Made by a program: the position numbers and the translations under genes | Shown here: positions 1-7,650 of the stretch, piece by piece | Numbering within the stretch: position 1 is the first letter of the stretch | Layout of the letters: each line of letters begins with the position of its first letter | Notes under the pieces: generated by a model | Seen by the model: only the letters and a program-made list of their open reading frames with translations | Database searches by the model: none | What the model was told of the DNA's origin: nothing | IMG/VR virus record: IMGVR_UViG_3300021401_000005 | Location: 1 to 64,000 of that record | From: a virus | Taxonomy: Duplodnaviria; Caudoviricetes | Strand: one strand, 5' to 3' | Length of the DNA stretch: 64,000 bases

Positions 1-134
1 GGGGGAGGGTGAAGGAGCGCCCCTTCGCTTCAGTTTAAGCTTAAGGCCACTGTTCAAAATATGGTGTGTTGGCTGTGGGAGTATCGTGTTGAGTTTGTAC
101 TATCAAATGGACAAGAAAGTGCGAATATTGTCCA

Positions 135-350
135 ATGACGCAAGATGAGGCGATAGCGGTTTTGGACAGGATTTCGCTGAATGAGGCGATTCCGGTTGCG
201 GAGGCGGTTTTGATGTTGAGGGACTGGAAAGCGCAGAAACTGGCTTCTGGGGAGATAATTGATGTTTTGCGACGATTACGTCCGGTTGATGTTTTGGCGG
301 TAATGGCGTTTGCGGAGCGGAAGCTAGCGCGGCGCAACCGGCCGAGGTGA
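135..350 (+). CDS. hypothetical protein
   Basis: 71-aa ORF whose stop abuts the next gene. Confidence 0.5.
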   Translation: MTQDEAIAVLDRISLNEAIPVAEAVLMLRDWKAQKLASGEIIDVLRRLRPVDVLAVMAFAERKLARRNRPR

Positions 351-938
351 TTGATGGTGGGGGACACGGGGAAGGGACCGAGGGCTCGGGCGAAGAAGGC
401 ACGGTCAGCTGACGAGGTTGCGGAGGCGGCGAAGGGGGCACGGGAGTTGGAGCTAGCGATTGAGCGGATGGCGGCGAATGGATTGACGCCGCAGGAGATC
501 AGTTTGCTGACGGACATTCGGCCGGACCGGCTGTACCGGCGTTACAAGGACTGCATGTTGAAAGGGGGCGCCAGAAGGACCAACGAGGTTGCGGAGGCGG
601 CGTTCAACATGGCGGTAGGTGGGCCGGACCGGAACTGGCGTCAGGCGGACGCGAGCATGAACAAATTTTGGCTTGAGAGGCGTGGTGGTCCGATTTGGGC
701 GCCACCGAAGCCGGACGATGAGCGCGGTCCGGACTTGTCACGGCTGAGTGTTCCGCAGCTAATTGAACTTGAGAGGGCGTTGCGGCCGCTCGCCAGGAAT
801 CCGGTGCTGATTGATGCCGAGGTCGAACCTACCGAGCCACGAGGCGATCGTAGCGGAGCTGATGCGGAGAGAGCTGGGGATCAGCTCGATGGAGGCGTCG
901 GCGAGCGTGTCGACGGTTCGGGAGCGGTGCCGGAATAG
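351..938 (+). CDS. terS: putative terminase small subunit (HTH)
   Basis: HTH-like GLTPQEISLLTDIRPDRLYRRY and NKFWLERRGG; directly upstream of and overlapping terL. Confidence 0.65.
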   Translation: MMVGDTGKGPRARAKKARSADEVAEAAKGARELELAIERMAANGLTPQEISLLTDIRPDRLYRRYKDCMLKGGARRTNEVAEAAFNMAVGGPDRNWRQADASMNKFWLERRGGPIWAPPKPDDERGPDLSRLSVPQLIELERALRPLARNPVLIDAEVEPTEPRGDRSGADAERAGDQLDGGVGERVDGSGAVPE

Positions 939-2472
939 CCTGATAAACTTCGTGGAGGAGGCGTGGCCGATTTTGGAGCCGCGCATGCCGTTCGTAAAAG
1001 GCCCCCTTGTTGAAGCTATCACAGAGCACCTCGAAGCCGTGACCGCCGGGATGATCACGCGGTTGCTGATCAATGTTCCGCCTGGGAGCGCGAAGAGCCT
1101 GCTTGTGTCGGTGCTGTGGCCGGCGTGGGAGTGGGGGCCCCGGGGTCTGACCAGCTATCGGTACATCAGTTCGAGCTTTGCGGAGAGCGCGTGCGTTCGC
1201 GATGTGCGGAAGATGCGGCTCCTCGTCACCAGCGATTGGTATGTTCGGCATTGGCCGCACGTTGAGCTGACCCGGGGCGGCGAATTAAGTTTTGAGAACA
1301 CATTGACCGGGACGCGGGACGGGGTTGCGTTCAGCTCGCTGACCTCGCGGCGCGGCGATCGGCTGATCCTCGACGACCCGCACAGCGTTGAGAAGGCGGA
1401 GAGCCCGAACGATCGCGAGAAGGCGACGCGGCGGTTTCGGGAGAGCGCGGTGAACCGTCTGAACGATCAGGCGAAGAGCGCGATTGTTGTGGTGATGCAG
1501 CGTCTGCACGAGGCGGACATCAGCGGGGTGATTCAGGAGTTCATGCCGGATTACGTTCAGCTGGTTTTGCCGATGGAATACGAGAGCGGGCGCCACTGCG
1601 AGACGGAGATCGGATTTTCGGATTGGCGGCGCTCGGAGGGGGAGCTGCTTTTCCCGCAGCGCTGGGGCCGCCAGGAGGTTGAGAACCTCAAGCGCGACAT
1701 GGACAAGTGGGCCTACGCCGGCCAGTACCAGCAGCGGCCTGCGCCGCGTGGGGGCGGGCTGTTTCCCTACACGGGGTGGGAGCTATGGCATCGCGGGATC
1801 GCGCTGACCTATGGGCGCAACGAATCGCAATATCCGGACTTCGACCTGATCATCGGCTCGCTGGATTCGGCCTACGGGACGAAGCAGGAGAACGACTATT
1901 CGGCGTTCATCGTTTTAGGGATTTGGACGAACCATTTCGGGGTTCAACAGGCCATGCTGATGGCGTGCTGGCAAAAGCGGCTGGCGTTGAACGAGCTGGT
2001 CGAGGAAGTGATCAAGAAGTGCCGCACATTGAAGGTCGACCGGCTGCTGATCGAGCTGAAGGCGTCGGGGATCTCGGTGGCGCAAGAGATCCAGCGGCTG
2101 ACCCGGGACGAGGAGTTCGCGATCCAGCGGATCGATCCCGGGAACATGGACAAGGTTTCGCGGGCGCACGCGCTGTCGCATCTGTGGGGCGAAGAGATGG
2201 CCGATGGTGGCTTCCGCAAGGGGGTGGTTTGGGCGCCTGGGCAGACGCAACCGAACGGGGCGGTTTGGCCGAGGGACTGGGCGGAATTGTGCATGAGCCA
2301 ATGCGCAAGTTTTCCAAAAGGAAAACACGACGACATCGTCGATGCGCTGTGTCAGGCGCTGAAGTTTTGCCGGGAGCGTGGTTTGCTGAAGAAGTCGGCG
2401 GAGGTCGCGTCGGAGGAATATCAAGAGCTGCTACAATCGCCGCTTCCCCCGATGCCTTTGTACCCCGTGTAG
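811..2472 (+). CDS. terL: terminase large subunit
   Basis: Walker A LINVPPGSAKS, Walker B LILDDPH, VVMQRLHE, YAGQYQQRP, nuclease HDDIVDA; exact start uncertain. Confidence 0.95.
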   Translation: MMPRSNLPSHEAIVAELMRRELGISSMEASASVSTVRERCRNSLINFVEEAWPILEPRMPFVKGPLVEAITEHLEAVTAGMITRLLINVPPGSAKSLLVSVLWPAWEWGPRGLTSYRYISSSFAESACVRDVRKMRLLVTSDWYVRHWPHVELTRGGELSFENTLTGTRDGVAFSSLTSRRGDRLILDDPHSVEKAESPNDREKATRRFRESAVNRLNDQAKSAIVVVMQRLHEADISGVIQEFMPDYVQLVLPMEYESGRHCETEIGFSDWRRSEGELLFPQRWGRQEVENLKRDMDKWAYAGQYQQRPAPRGGGLFPYTGWELWHRGIALTYGRNESQYPDFDLIIGSLDSAYGTKQENDYSAFIVLGIWTNHFGVQQAMLMACWQKRLALNELVEEVIKKCRTLKVDRLLIELKASGISVAQEIQRLTRDEEFAIQRIDPGNMDKVSRAHALSHLWGEEMADGGFRKGVVWAPGQTQPNGAVWPRDWAELCMSQCASFPKGKHDDIVDALCQALKFCRERGLLKKSAEVASEEYQELLQSPLPPMPLYPV

Positions 2473-2491
2473 TCTGTGGTAATAGGTCGCG

Positions 2492-2587
2492 TGCGTGGCT
2501 GGGCGGGGCGAGGCGATGCCATGCGCGGCGACGCTAGGCTCGGCAAGGCGATCCAAGGCGGGGCTGGGGTCTTTGGACTCCAGCCCC
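2492..2587 (+). ncRNA. orphan GGC-NN pentamer-repeat unit with 3' hairpin (putative guide RNA)
   Basis: 15 in-register pentamers (2492-2566), then stem GGGGCTGGGGTC/GACTCCAGCCCC (2560-2587); intergenic after the terL stop. Confidence 0.7.
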
Positions 2588-2706
2588 ATTCATAGGCTGG
2601 AGGACCGGACGGTGCTAGCGACCTTGCGGACGCCCGTTGATTAAGCGGGGCTCCCGCCGATCCTCCGAGGCGACTGTACGCCTCCATCGTGGGAGAAAAA
2701 AGCGAC

Positions 2707-2976
2707 ATGAGCAAAGGCTGGCGCGTCCTTTCCGATCCGCGCGAGGTCATTCCGGAAGGCGATCTGATGTCGCACGGGGGCGGCCTCGATTGTCTCTGCA
2801 AGCCGCGCCTGGACGGCGCCGTGATCGTCCACCATGCTTTCGATCAACGGGAGGACGACGAGCATGGGGCTTTGGGCGCTGATCCGGATGGGGTGGCAGA
2901 GGCGCCAGCGGCGGCTCGACATGGAGGTGCTGTGGCCGGCCTGCCTGGAGGTGTCGCCGGATCTCGATCGCGCTAA
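2707..2976 (+). CDS. small His/Cys phage protein
   Basis: VIPEGDLMSH..CLCKP..VHHAFDQRE, a possible metal-binding motif. Confidence 0.45.
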   Translation: MSKGWRVLSDPREVIPEGDLMSHGGGLDCLCKPRLDGAVIVHHAFDQREDDEHGALGADPDGVAEAPAAARHGGAVAGLPGGVAGSRSR

Positions 2977-3076
2977 GGCGGTGTTTGCGGCGCACTGTCT
3001 TCACGATCTAGCCTGGACGTCGTTGGGCGAGGACGCGCTGTTCGCGTTCATCGATCGCCTGGAGGCGTATGACTAG
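2864..3076 (+). CDS. hypothetical protein
   Basis: ORF MGLWALIRMGW..; overlaps the previous ORF, so only one may be real in the overlap. Confidence 0.45.
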   Translation: MGLWALIRMGWQRRQRRLDMEVLWPACLEVSPDLDRAKAVFAAHCLHDLAWTSLGEDALFAFIDRLEAYD

Positions 3077-3339
3077 AGCGGATCGATATTGATGCTGTTC
3101 GCCTGCATGAGCCAGATGTCGATCTTCTGGCGGTCGTCCAGCTCGTCGACCATGCGGCGCAGCCGTTCGAGCACGCGCGCCTCGGCGCCTGGGGCGGCCT
3201 GCCAGGGTCCGGCGATCCATTGTCTTAGGTAACCCCTGATCGCCGCGACCTCGGCCGGCGTCAGTTCGTCCCGCGCGAGATAGGCCTCGACTGCTGGCCT
3301 CAAGACCCCGGACTGCTCGAACATCCAAAAACCGGGCAT
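3073..3339 (-). CDS. hypothetical protein
   Basis: 88-aa helical-looking ORF divergent from the RAMP operon. Confidence 0.6.
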   Translation of the reverse strand: MPGFWMFEQSGVLRPAVEAYLARDELTPAEVAAIRGYLRQWIAGPWQAAPGAEARVLERLRRMVDELDDRQKIDIWLMQANSINIDPL

Positions 3340-3348
3340 GTCGGTAGA

Positions 3349-3374
3349 TTGACCTAGTTTTGCATTTCATGCAA
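3349..3374. promoter_or_regulatory. putative -35 (TTGACC) plus palindromic operator TTGCA-N5-TGCAA
   Basis: TTGACC 3349-3354; TTGCA-tttca-TGCAA 3360-3374, a motif recurring at five other intergenic sites. Confidence 0.65.
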
Positions 3375-3382
3375 GTTGTGCT

Positions 3383-3442
3383 GGCGCTGCTAGGCTTGGC
3401 CGGGCCATGCTGGGCATGGCGATGCGGCGCGCGGCAAGGCAA
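3383..3442 (+). repeat. GGC-NN pentamer tract in the 5' leader of the RAMP gene
   Basis: 12 in-register pentamers running into the RBS AAGGAGAG (3441-3448). Confidence 0.85.
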
Positions 3443-3455
3443 GGAGAGTCGAAAA

Positions 3456-4049
3456 ATGGAAATACTGGTGCATATCAGCGGCGTTACACCGCTGATCCTC
3501 AATCGATTCAGCGACGAAGCAGCTCTAATTGCGAGCGGCGGAACGCGCGGCGCAAGCGCGGGTGCCGAACGCAAGACCCCGCTCGATATTTGCGAATCGA
3601 AGCTCTACCGGGGGCTCGATGGTAGGCTGATAATCCCGCAACCCAACTTGTTGCGCAGCCTTGTGGACGGTGGCCGATTTCACAAAGTCGGAAAGAAGCA
3701 AGTCACGACCAAAGAAGAGTCGATGATGTTCGCGTGCGTGGACATCGAGGGCGCCGAAATCGCCCTGATCCACAAACAGCCGTGGAAAGTCGACACGAGA
3801 CCTGTTGTGATTCCTAGCACAAAAGGGAGAATTTTGGCCCATCGGCCGATGTTCGATGATTGGAGGTTGGAATTTGTCGTCAGCCTCGACACGTCTATTT
3901 TAGGACCTGGGATTTTTCGATCGATTGTCGACGACGCCGGGAAGCGGGTGGGGCTTGGTGACTTCCGCCCAGCGCGGAAAGGCCCGTACGGGCGCTATCG
4001 CGTCGATCATTGGGCGGTCGTCGAACAGGCAATCGCCGAAGCCGCTTAG
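3456..4049 (+). CDS. stand-alone Cas7/RAMP-fold protein (197 aa), putative effector of the GGC-NN RNAs
   Basis: RBS plus ATG 3456; ILVHISGVTPLILNR first strand, IIPQPNLLRSL helix, C-terminal glycine loop AGKRVGLGDFRPARKGPYGRY, all RAMP/Cas7 hallmarks. Confidence 0.8.
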   Translation: MEILVHISGVTPLILNRFSDEAALIASGGTRGASAGAERKTPLDICESKLYRGLDGRLIIPQPNLLRSLVDGGRFHKVGKKQVTTKEESMMFACVDIEGAEIALIHKQPWKVDTRPVVIPSTKGRILAHRPMFDDWRLEFVVSLDTSILGPGIFRSIVDDAGKRVGLGDFRPARKGPYGRYRVDHWAVVEQAIAEAA

Positions 4050-4492
4050 CGTGGCGCGGCGGGGCATGGCACGGCACGGCGGCGCGGGGCGAAGCGACGC
4101 GAGGATATTTTATTGATTAGGCGAGGCTGGGCTAGGCTTGGCGAGGCGGCGCGATGCAGGGCTCGGCACGGCGCGGCTCGGCGTTGCACGGCGAGGTGGG
4201 GCGCGGCACGGCAGGGCGCGGGCAGGGCTGGGCAAGGCTACGCTTTGCGAAGCGCGGCGCGGCAAGGCCCGGTTTGGCACGGCATGGCTTGGCGTGGCTT
4301 GGCGTGGCGTGGCTCGGCAGGGCATGGCGAGGCACGGCGATGCGCGGCGACGCTAGGCTCGGCAAGGCGAGGATATTTTATTGATTGAGCTTAGCGAGGC
4401 GCGGCATGGCCCTGCACGGCGCGGCGTTTCAGGGCTTGGTTGGGCTAGGCTTTGCGATGCAAGGCTAGGCACGGGCGGGCAAGGCGAGGCAA
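4043..4492 (+). ncRNA. array of GGC-NN pentamer units separated by a 20-bp direct repeat (putative multi-guide RNA)
   Basis: Pentamer runs 4043-4102 (12), 4120-4219 (20), 4221-4370 (30), 4388-4492 (21); GCGAGGATATTTTATTGATT at 4099-4118 and 4367-4386. Confidence 0.8.
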
Positions 4493-4496
4493 GGGA

Positions 4497-4516
4497 GGGG
4501 CGGCTTCGGCCGCCCC
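4497..4516 (+). terminator. GC hairpin with UUCG loop closing the array
   Basis: GGGGCGGC-TTCG-GCCGCCCC; no U-tract, so it may be a 3' stabilising hairpin rather than an intrinsic terminator. Confidence 0.6.
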
Positions 4517-4520
4517 CTGG

Positions 4521-4736
4521 TCAGGTTTCCGGAACCTTGGTTGTCGCTGCCCGATAGGTAAAACCGCGTCCTTCTGGGGGTGGCTCTGGGCGCGGCACGA
4601 TGTACGCGCCGCGCGTTTCGTCGACTATTCGCCGGACCATATCGGACAGCGATGTCGCGCGCTTGGCTGCTTCCTGCTCAAGCCAGCCAATGGCTTCATC
4701 TGAGAATATGACGTTGAGTCTGTTTCCGCGTGCCAT
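4521..4736 (-). CDS. ribbon-helix-helix (CopG-like) DNA-binding protein
   Basis: RLNVIFSDEAIGWLEQEAAKRATSLSDMVRRIVD fits the RHH pattern. Confidence 0.7.
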   Translation of the reverse strand: MARGNRLNVIFSDEAIGWLEQEAAKRATSLSDMVRRIVDETRGAYIVPRPEPPPEGRGFTYRAATTKVPET

Positions 4737-4841
4737 ATCAGCATTCTAATGGCCGTGTGCCGGTCTCCGCAAGGCACGTGGAGATTATTTCCACAAGAAA
4801 AGCACTTGACATGGCGGCAGGCGTGCCTAAATCTGCACGCC

Positions 4842-5762
4842 ATGGAATACCCCGTTCATCCCGCCTGCGCTCTTTGGCCCCGCCCGTCCGACGAGGAGGT
4901 GATGGCGCTCGCTGAGAGCATCAGGAGGGAGGGGCTCCACAATCCGATCTGGCTCTACGAGGGGGCGATCCTCGACGGCAAGACGCGCTTTGAGGCTTGC
5001 GGGATCGCGAGCGTCGAGCCGCGCTTCGAGATCTTCAGCGGCGATGACCCGGTTAGATTTACGATTAGCCAGAATCGTTTGCGGCGGCATATGCAGATCG
5101 GAGAATTGTTGCTCATCGTTGCGGCGCTTTGTAAGTTGCGGCAACATCTTCATGGAAGAAATAAGCACTTAAGCAGGCAAGGCCTCGCGAGACCTTGCCT
5201 CCAAGAAGAGAAGACCGCAGAAGAATTGGCTAAAGAAGCTGGCATTGGAAGATCGAACATCGTCGCAGCCAAGACAGTTCTTCAAAATGGGGAAGAAAAT
5301 GTCGTTGAAATGGTTCGTGCCGGTGCTGTTGGGGCGCAAAGCGCCGCTCGGTTCGTCAGGAATACGCCGCGCGAACAGCAACGCAACGCTACTGTGAACG
5401 ACGTAAAGCAGGCTCGCCATCGCGAGAACGATGGTCGTCGCCCCAAAAGAGACGTCCCGGTCTGGGGCAAACACAATCGCCCCGTCATCATTCCATCCAA
5501 GAAAACGCTGGCAGAGAGGAAGAAGCCACAACCCATGCTCACGATCCCTTCGCGGGACCTGACGGAGAGACTCGCTCCAATCATCAAGACGCTCAAACAG
5601 CAAAGCAAATGCAGCATGGCCACAGTGTCGTTTACGACGCTGGCCGTCCTAGCAGGCGAGCTGGAGCATCTCGTTGAGGAATGGACGAGTGGCGGAACGG
5701 GATCTGAGCGCACCCCAAATTCCGCCAACTCAATCGCGCTTAACGAAAGGAAAGCATTATGA
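4842..5762 (+). CDS. ParB/Srx N-terminal domain protein
   Basis: HPACALWP..LAESIRREGLHNPIWLYEGAILDGKTRFEAC..ISQNRLRRH, then an HTH-like segment. Confidence 0.75.
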   Translation: MEYPVHPACALWPRPSDEEVMALAESIRREGLHNPIWLYEGAILDGKTRFEACGIASVEPRFEIFSGDDPVRFTISQNRLRRHMQIGELLLIVAALCKLRQHLHGRNKHLSRQGLARPCLQEEKTAEELAKEAGIGRSNIVAAKTVLQNGEENVVEMVRAGAVGAQSAARFVRNTPREQQRNATVNDVKQARHRENDGRRPKRDVPVWGKHNRPVIIPSKKTLAERKKPQPMLTIPSRDLTERLAPIIKTLKQQSKCSMATVSFTTLAVLAGELEHLVEEWTSGGTGSERTPNSANSIALNERKAL

Positions 5763-6640
5763 GTGCTTTCACTTTGGAGAAGACCGAGACGCTGGCAGTC
5801 ACCAGCGAACTCGCTATCAAGGTCGCTACAATGACCGGCTCGGACACGGAGCGGGTCCTCGATGAGAAACGTGTAGACTACCTTCGCGGTCAAGTCATGG
5901 CCGGATTGGCGACGCCCTTTAGCTGGGCGTTTGCGATTCGTCCTGACGGGACCATCGTTCGCGTGAACGGACAGCACTCAAGCCATATGCTGTCCAGGCT
6001 CGATGGCGATATGCCGGAAGGCCTTACGGCGGTCATCTCGACCTATAAAGTCGACGATCGAGATGGCGAGGTCGCGCTGTTTCGACAGTTCGATCCTCGA
6101 CGCTCGTCGCGCTCGATTGCCGACGTCGCTGGTGCGTTTCAGGGCGTGGTTCCGCAACTGCGCAATGTGCCACGGGCATCAGCCAAAAAGGCGATTGAGG
6201 GGATCGCTTGGCATCTCAAGTACGTCGTTGGCTCGCCCGTGTCGAAGGGCGACGATGTCTACGACCTGTTCCATCGCCCTGAATACACTGAGTATCTGGT
6301 GTGGGTGGGTCACATGCTGTCCGACAAGACGCCGGAGCTGAAGAGGGCTTCGGTCCTGGCGGCGGTCTTCGCCACTTACGAGCGAGATCCGGGAGAGGCC
6401 AAGACGTGGTGGCATCAAGTGGCGCGCGGCGGCGAGGAGTTCGCTGATAAAGCGCCATCGACGGTCCTCGATAAATGGTTGCAGGAAGAGCGCAACCCCA
6501 AGCCCCGGCGGAAAACCGCCCTCTCGGACGCCAACCTCTATCAGGGTTGCGTGTTCGCCTGGAACGCCCAGCGCGATGGCAAGGGGACGATCGAGCGGAT
6601 CAATTACGACACCAAGAAGGGCTACTTCGAGGTCGCGTGA
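5759..6640 (+). CDS. ParB/Srx-like (DGQHR-like) protein
   Basis: VRVNGQHS motif; ATGA overlap with the upstream gene. Confidence 0.6.
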   Translation: MSAFTLEKTETLAVTSELAIKVATMTGSDTERVLDEKRVDYLRGQVMAGLATPFSWAFAIRPDGTIVRVNGQHSSHMLSRLDGDMPEGLTAVISTYKVDDRDGEVALFRQFDPRRSSRSIADVAGAFQGVVPQLRNVPRASAKKAIEGIAWHLKYVVGSPVSKGDDVYDLFHRPEYTEYLVWVGHMLSDKTPELKRASVLAAVFATYERDPGEAKTWWHQVARGGEEFADKAPSTVLDKWLQEERNPKPRRKTALSDANLYQGCVFAWNAQRDGKGTIERINYDTKKGYFEVA

Positions 6641-6643
6641 GCG

Positions 6644-6678
6644 AAAAAGGGGGCCGCTTTCGCGGCCCCTGACTTTTC
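6644..6678. terminator. probable intrinsic terminator, possibly bidirectional
   Basis: AAAAA, GGGGCCGC-TTTC-GCGGCCCC, then TGACTTTT. Confidence 0.55.
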
Positions 6679-6693
6679 TGGATGGAGTCGAAA

Positions 6694-6900
6694 ATGAAAA
6701 CCTACAACGTCGAAGTTACCCGAGTAATGAAACAGACCGCCAACATCGAGGTCCAGGCCGAAGATGAGGATGAGGCGATAGAGAACGCCGAGGCCGAACT
6801 CTATACCCTCGAAGCTAGCGATTGGGACGACACGGAAGAGATCGAAGAGGCAGCGGTCGACGCCGACGGGGTCAGTGAACTGGTTGACGCGGAGGCCTAA
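6694..6900 (+). CDS. small highly acidic protein
   Basis: GGAG RBS; KTYNVEV..IEVQAEDEDEAIE, a pattern common in phage small proteins. Confidence 0.65.
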   Translation: MKTYNVEVTRVMKQTANIEVQAEDEDEAIENAEAELYTLEASDWDDTEEIEEAAVDADGVSELVDAEA

Positions 6901-6930
6901 TCAGCCATCGACCGGCCGGATGCTTGTCCC

Positions 6931-7650
6931 ATGTCCGCCCGCGCGAGCAATGGTGGCTCGCACACTGACGAGGAATGGCGCGCGCAGCTGCGGCGCCAAT
7001 TTCACCGCTGCAATAATCCGTTCTGCATGTGCGATCTGCGGGCGGACGGCGTCGTTGTTCACCGAGATCACCTGATCCCGGTGACCAGCGGCGGCAAAGA
7101 CGACATTTCGAACATTCGAGCGATGTGCGCCCCGTGCAATTTGCGCAAGGGCGCGAAGGCGTGGCGCGTTTTCCTGGCCGAGGAACGCCTCGCGAGAACG
7201 TCCCGAAAGAATCGCGTGACGTTCCACCCCGTCTGGCCGATCGGCTCCGTCGTGCTGTTCACCGTAGGCCTGATCAAAGGCCTCGCATTCGGTCCGCTGG
7301 CGATTGTGTTCCTCGGCTTCGCCTGCTTGGCCTTATTCGGCCTTGGTTGGGTCTCCAGGCTGCTCAATGGTCTCTTAAGCCTCTGCCTCGTGCCGCTGAT
7401 CAGGTGGGCGTTGCGCGGCCCCCACGTCCAGCGCGTCGGCGTCGCGCTCGGCGCTTTGGTTATGGTGGTGCTGATGACCGGGGGAGACGCGCGGGTGAAC
7501 GACACTGGCCATGGCATGCGCCCCAAGCCGAGGCTTGAGGCCGGCCCCATCGCGATTTGGCGCGCGCCCGCGCTGCCGGCGAAAATACCGTGGCCGCCTA
7601 AGCGACCGTGGTATCTCGATCGACCATTCGGGACACGACCGACCGGGTGA
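6931..7650 (+). CDS. HNH endonuclease domain fused to transmembrane helices
   Basis: CNNPFC..HRDHLIPVTSGGKDDISNIRAMCAPCNLRKG followed by about 3 hydrophobic segments. Confidence 0.75.
   Translation: MSARASNGGSHTDEEWRAQLRRQFHRCNNPFCMCDLRADGVVVHRDHLIPVTSGGKDDISNIRAMCAPCNLRKGAKAWRVFLAEERLARTSRKNRVTFHPVWPIGSVVLFTVGLIKGLAFGPLAIVFLGFACLALFGLGWVSRLLNGLLSLCLVPLIRWALRGPHVQRVGVALGALVMVVLMTGGDARVNDTGHGMRPKPRLEAGPIAIWRAPALPAKIPWPPKRPWYLDRPFGTRPTG

Noticed and set aside
3360-3455. Signal-peptide-like N-terminal extension of the 229-aa ORF
   Set aside because: It is the translated operator and pentamer leader; RBS AAGGAGAG points to ATG 3456
4099-4386. Canonical CRISPR array based on the 20-bp direct repeat
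   Set aside because: Only two copies, 268 bp apart, non-palindromic, with periodic rather than unique intervening sequence; no cas1/cas2
4110-4388. Several overlapping Arg/Gly/Ala-rich ORFs on both strands
   Set aside because: Artefacts of the stop-poor GGC-NN repeat; a 5-nt period is not codon-based and there is no RBS
4043-4492. Simple microsatellite or sequencing artefact
   Set aside because: The NN positions are highly diverse while register is kept, and the same tract-plus-hairpin design recurs at separate loci on both strands
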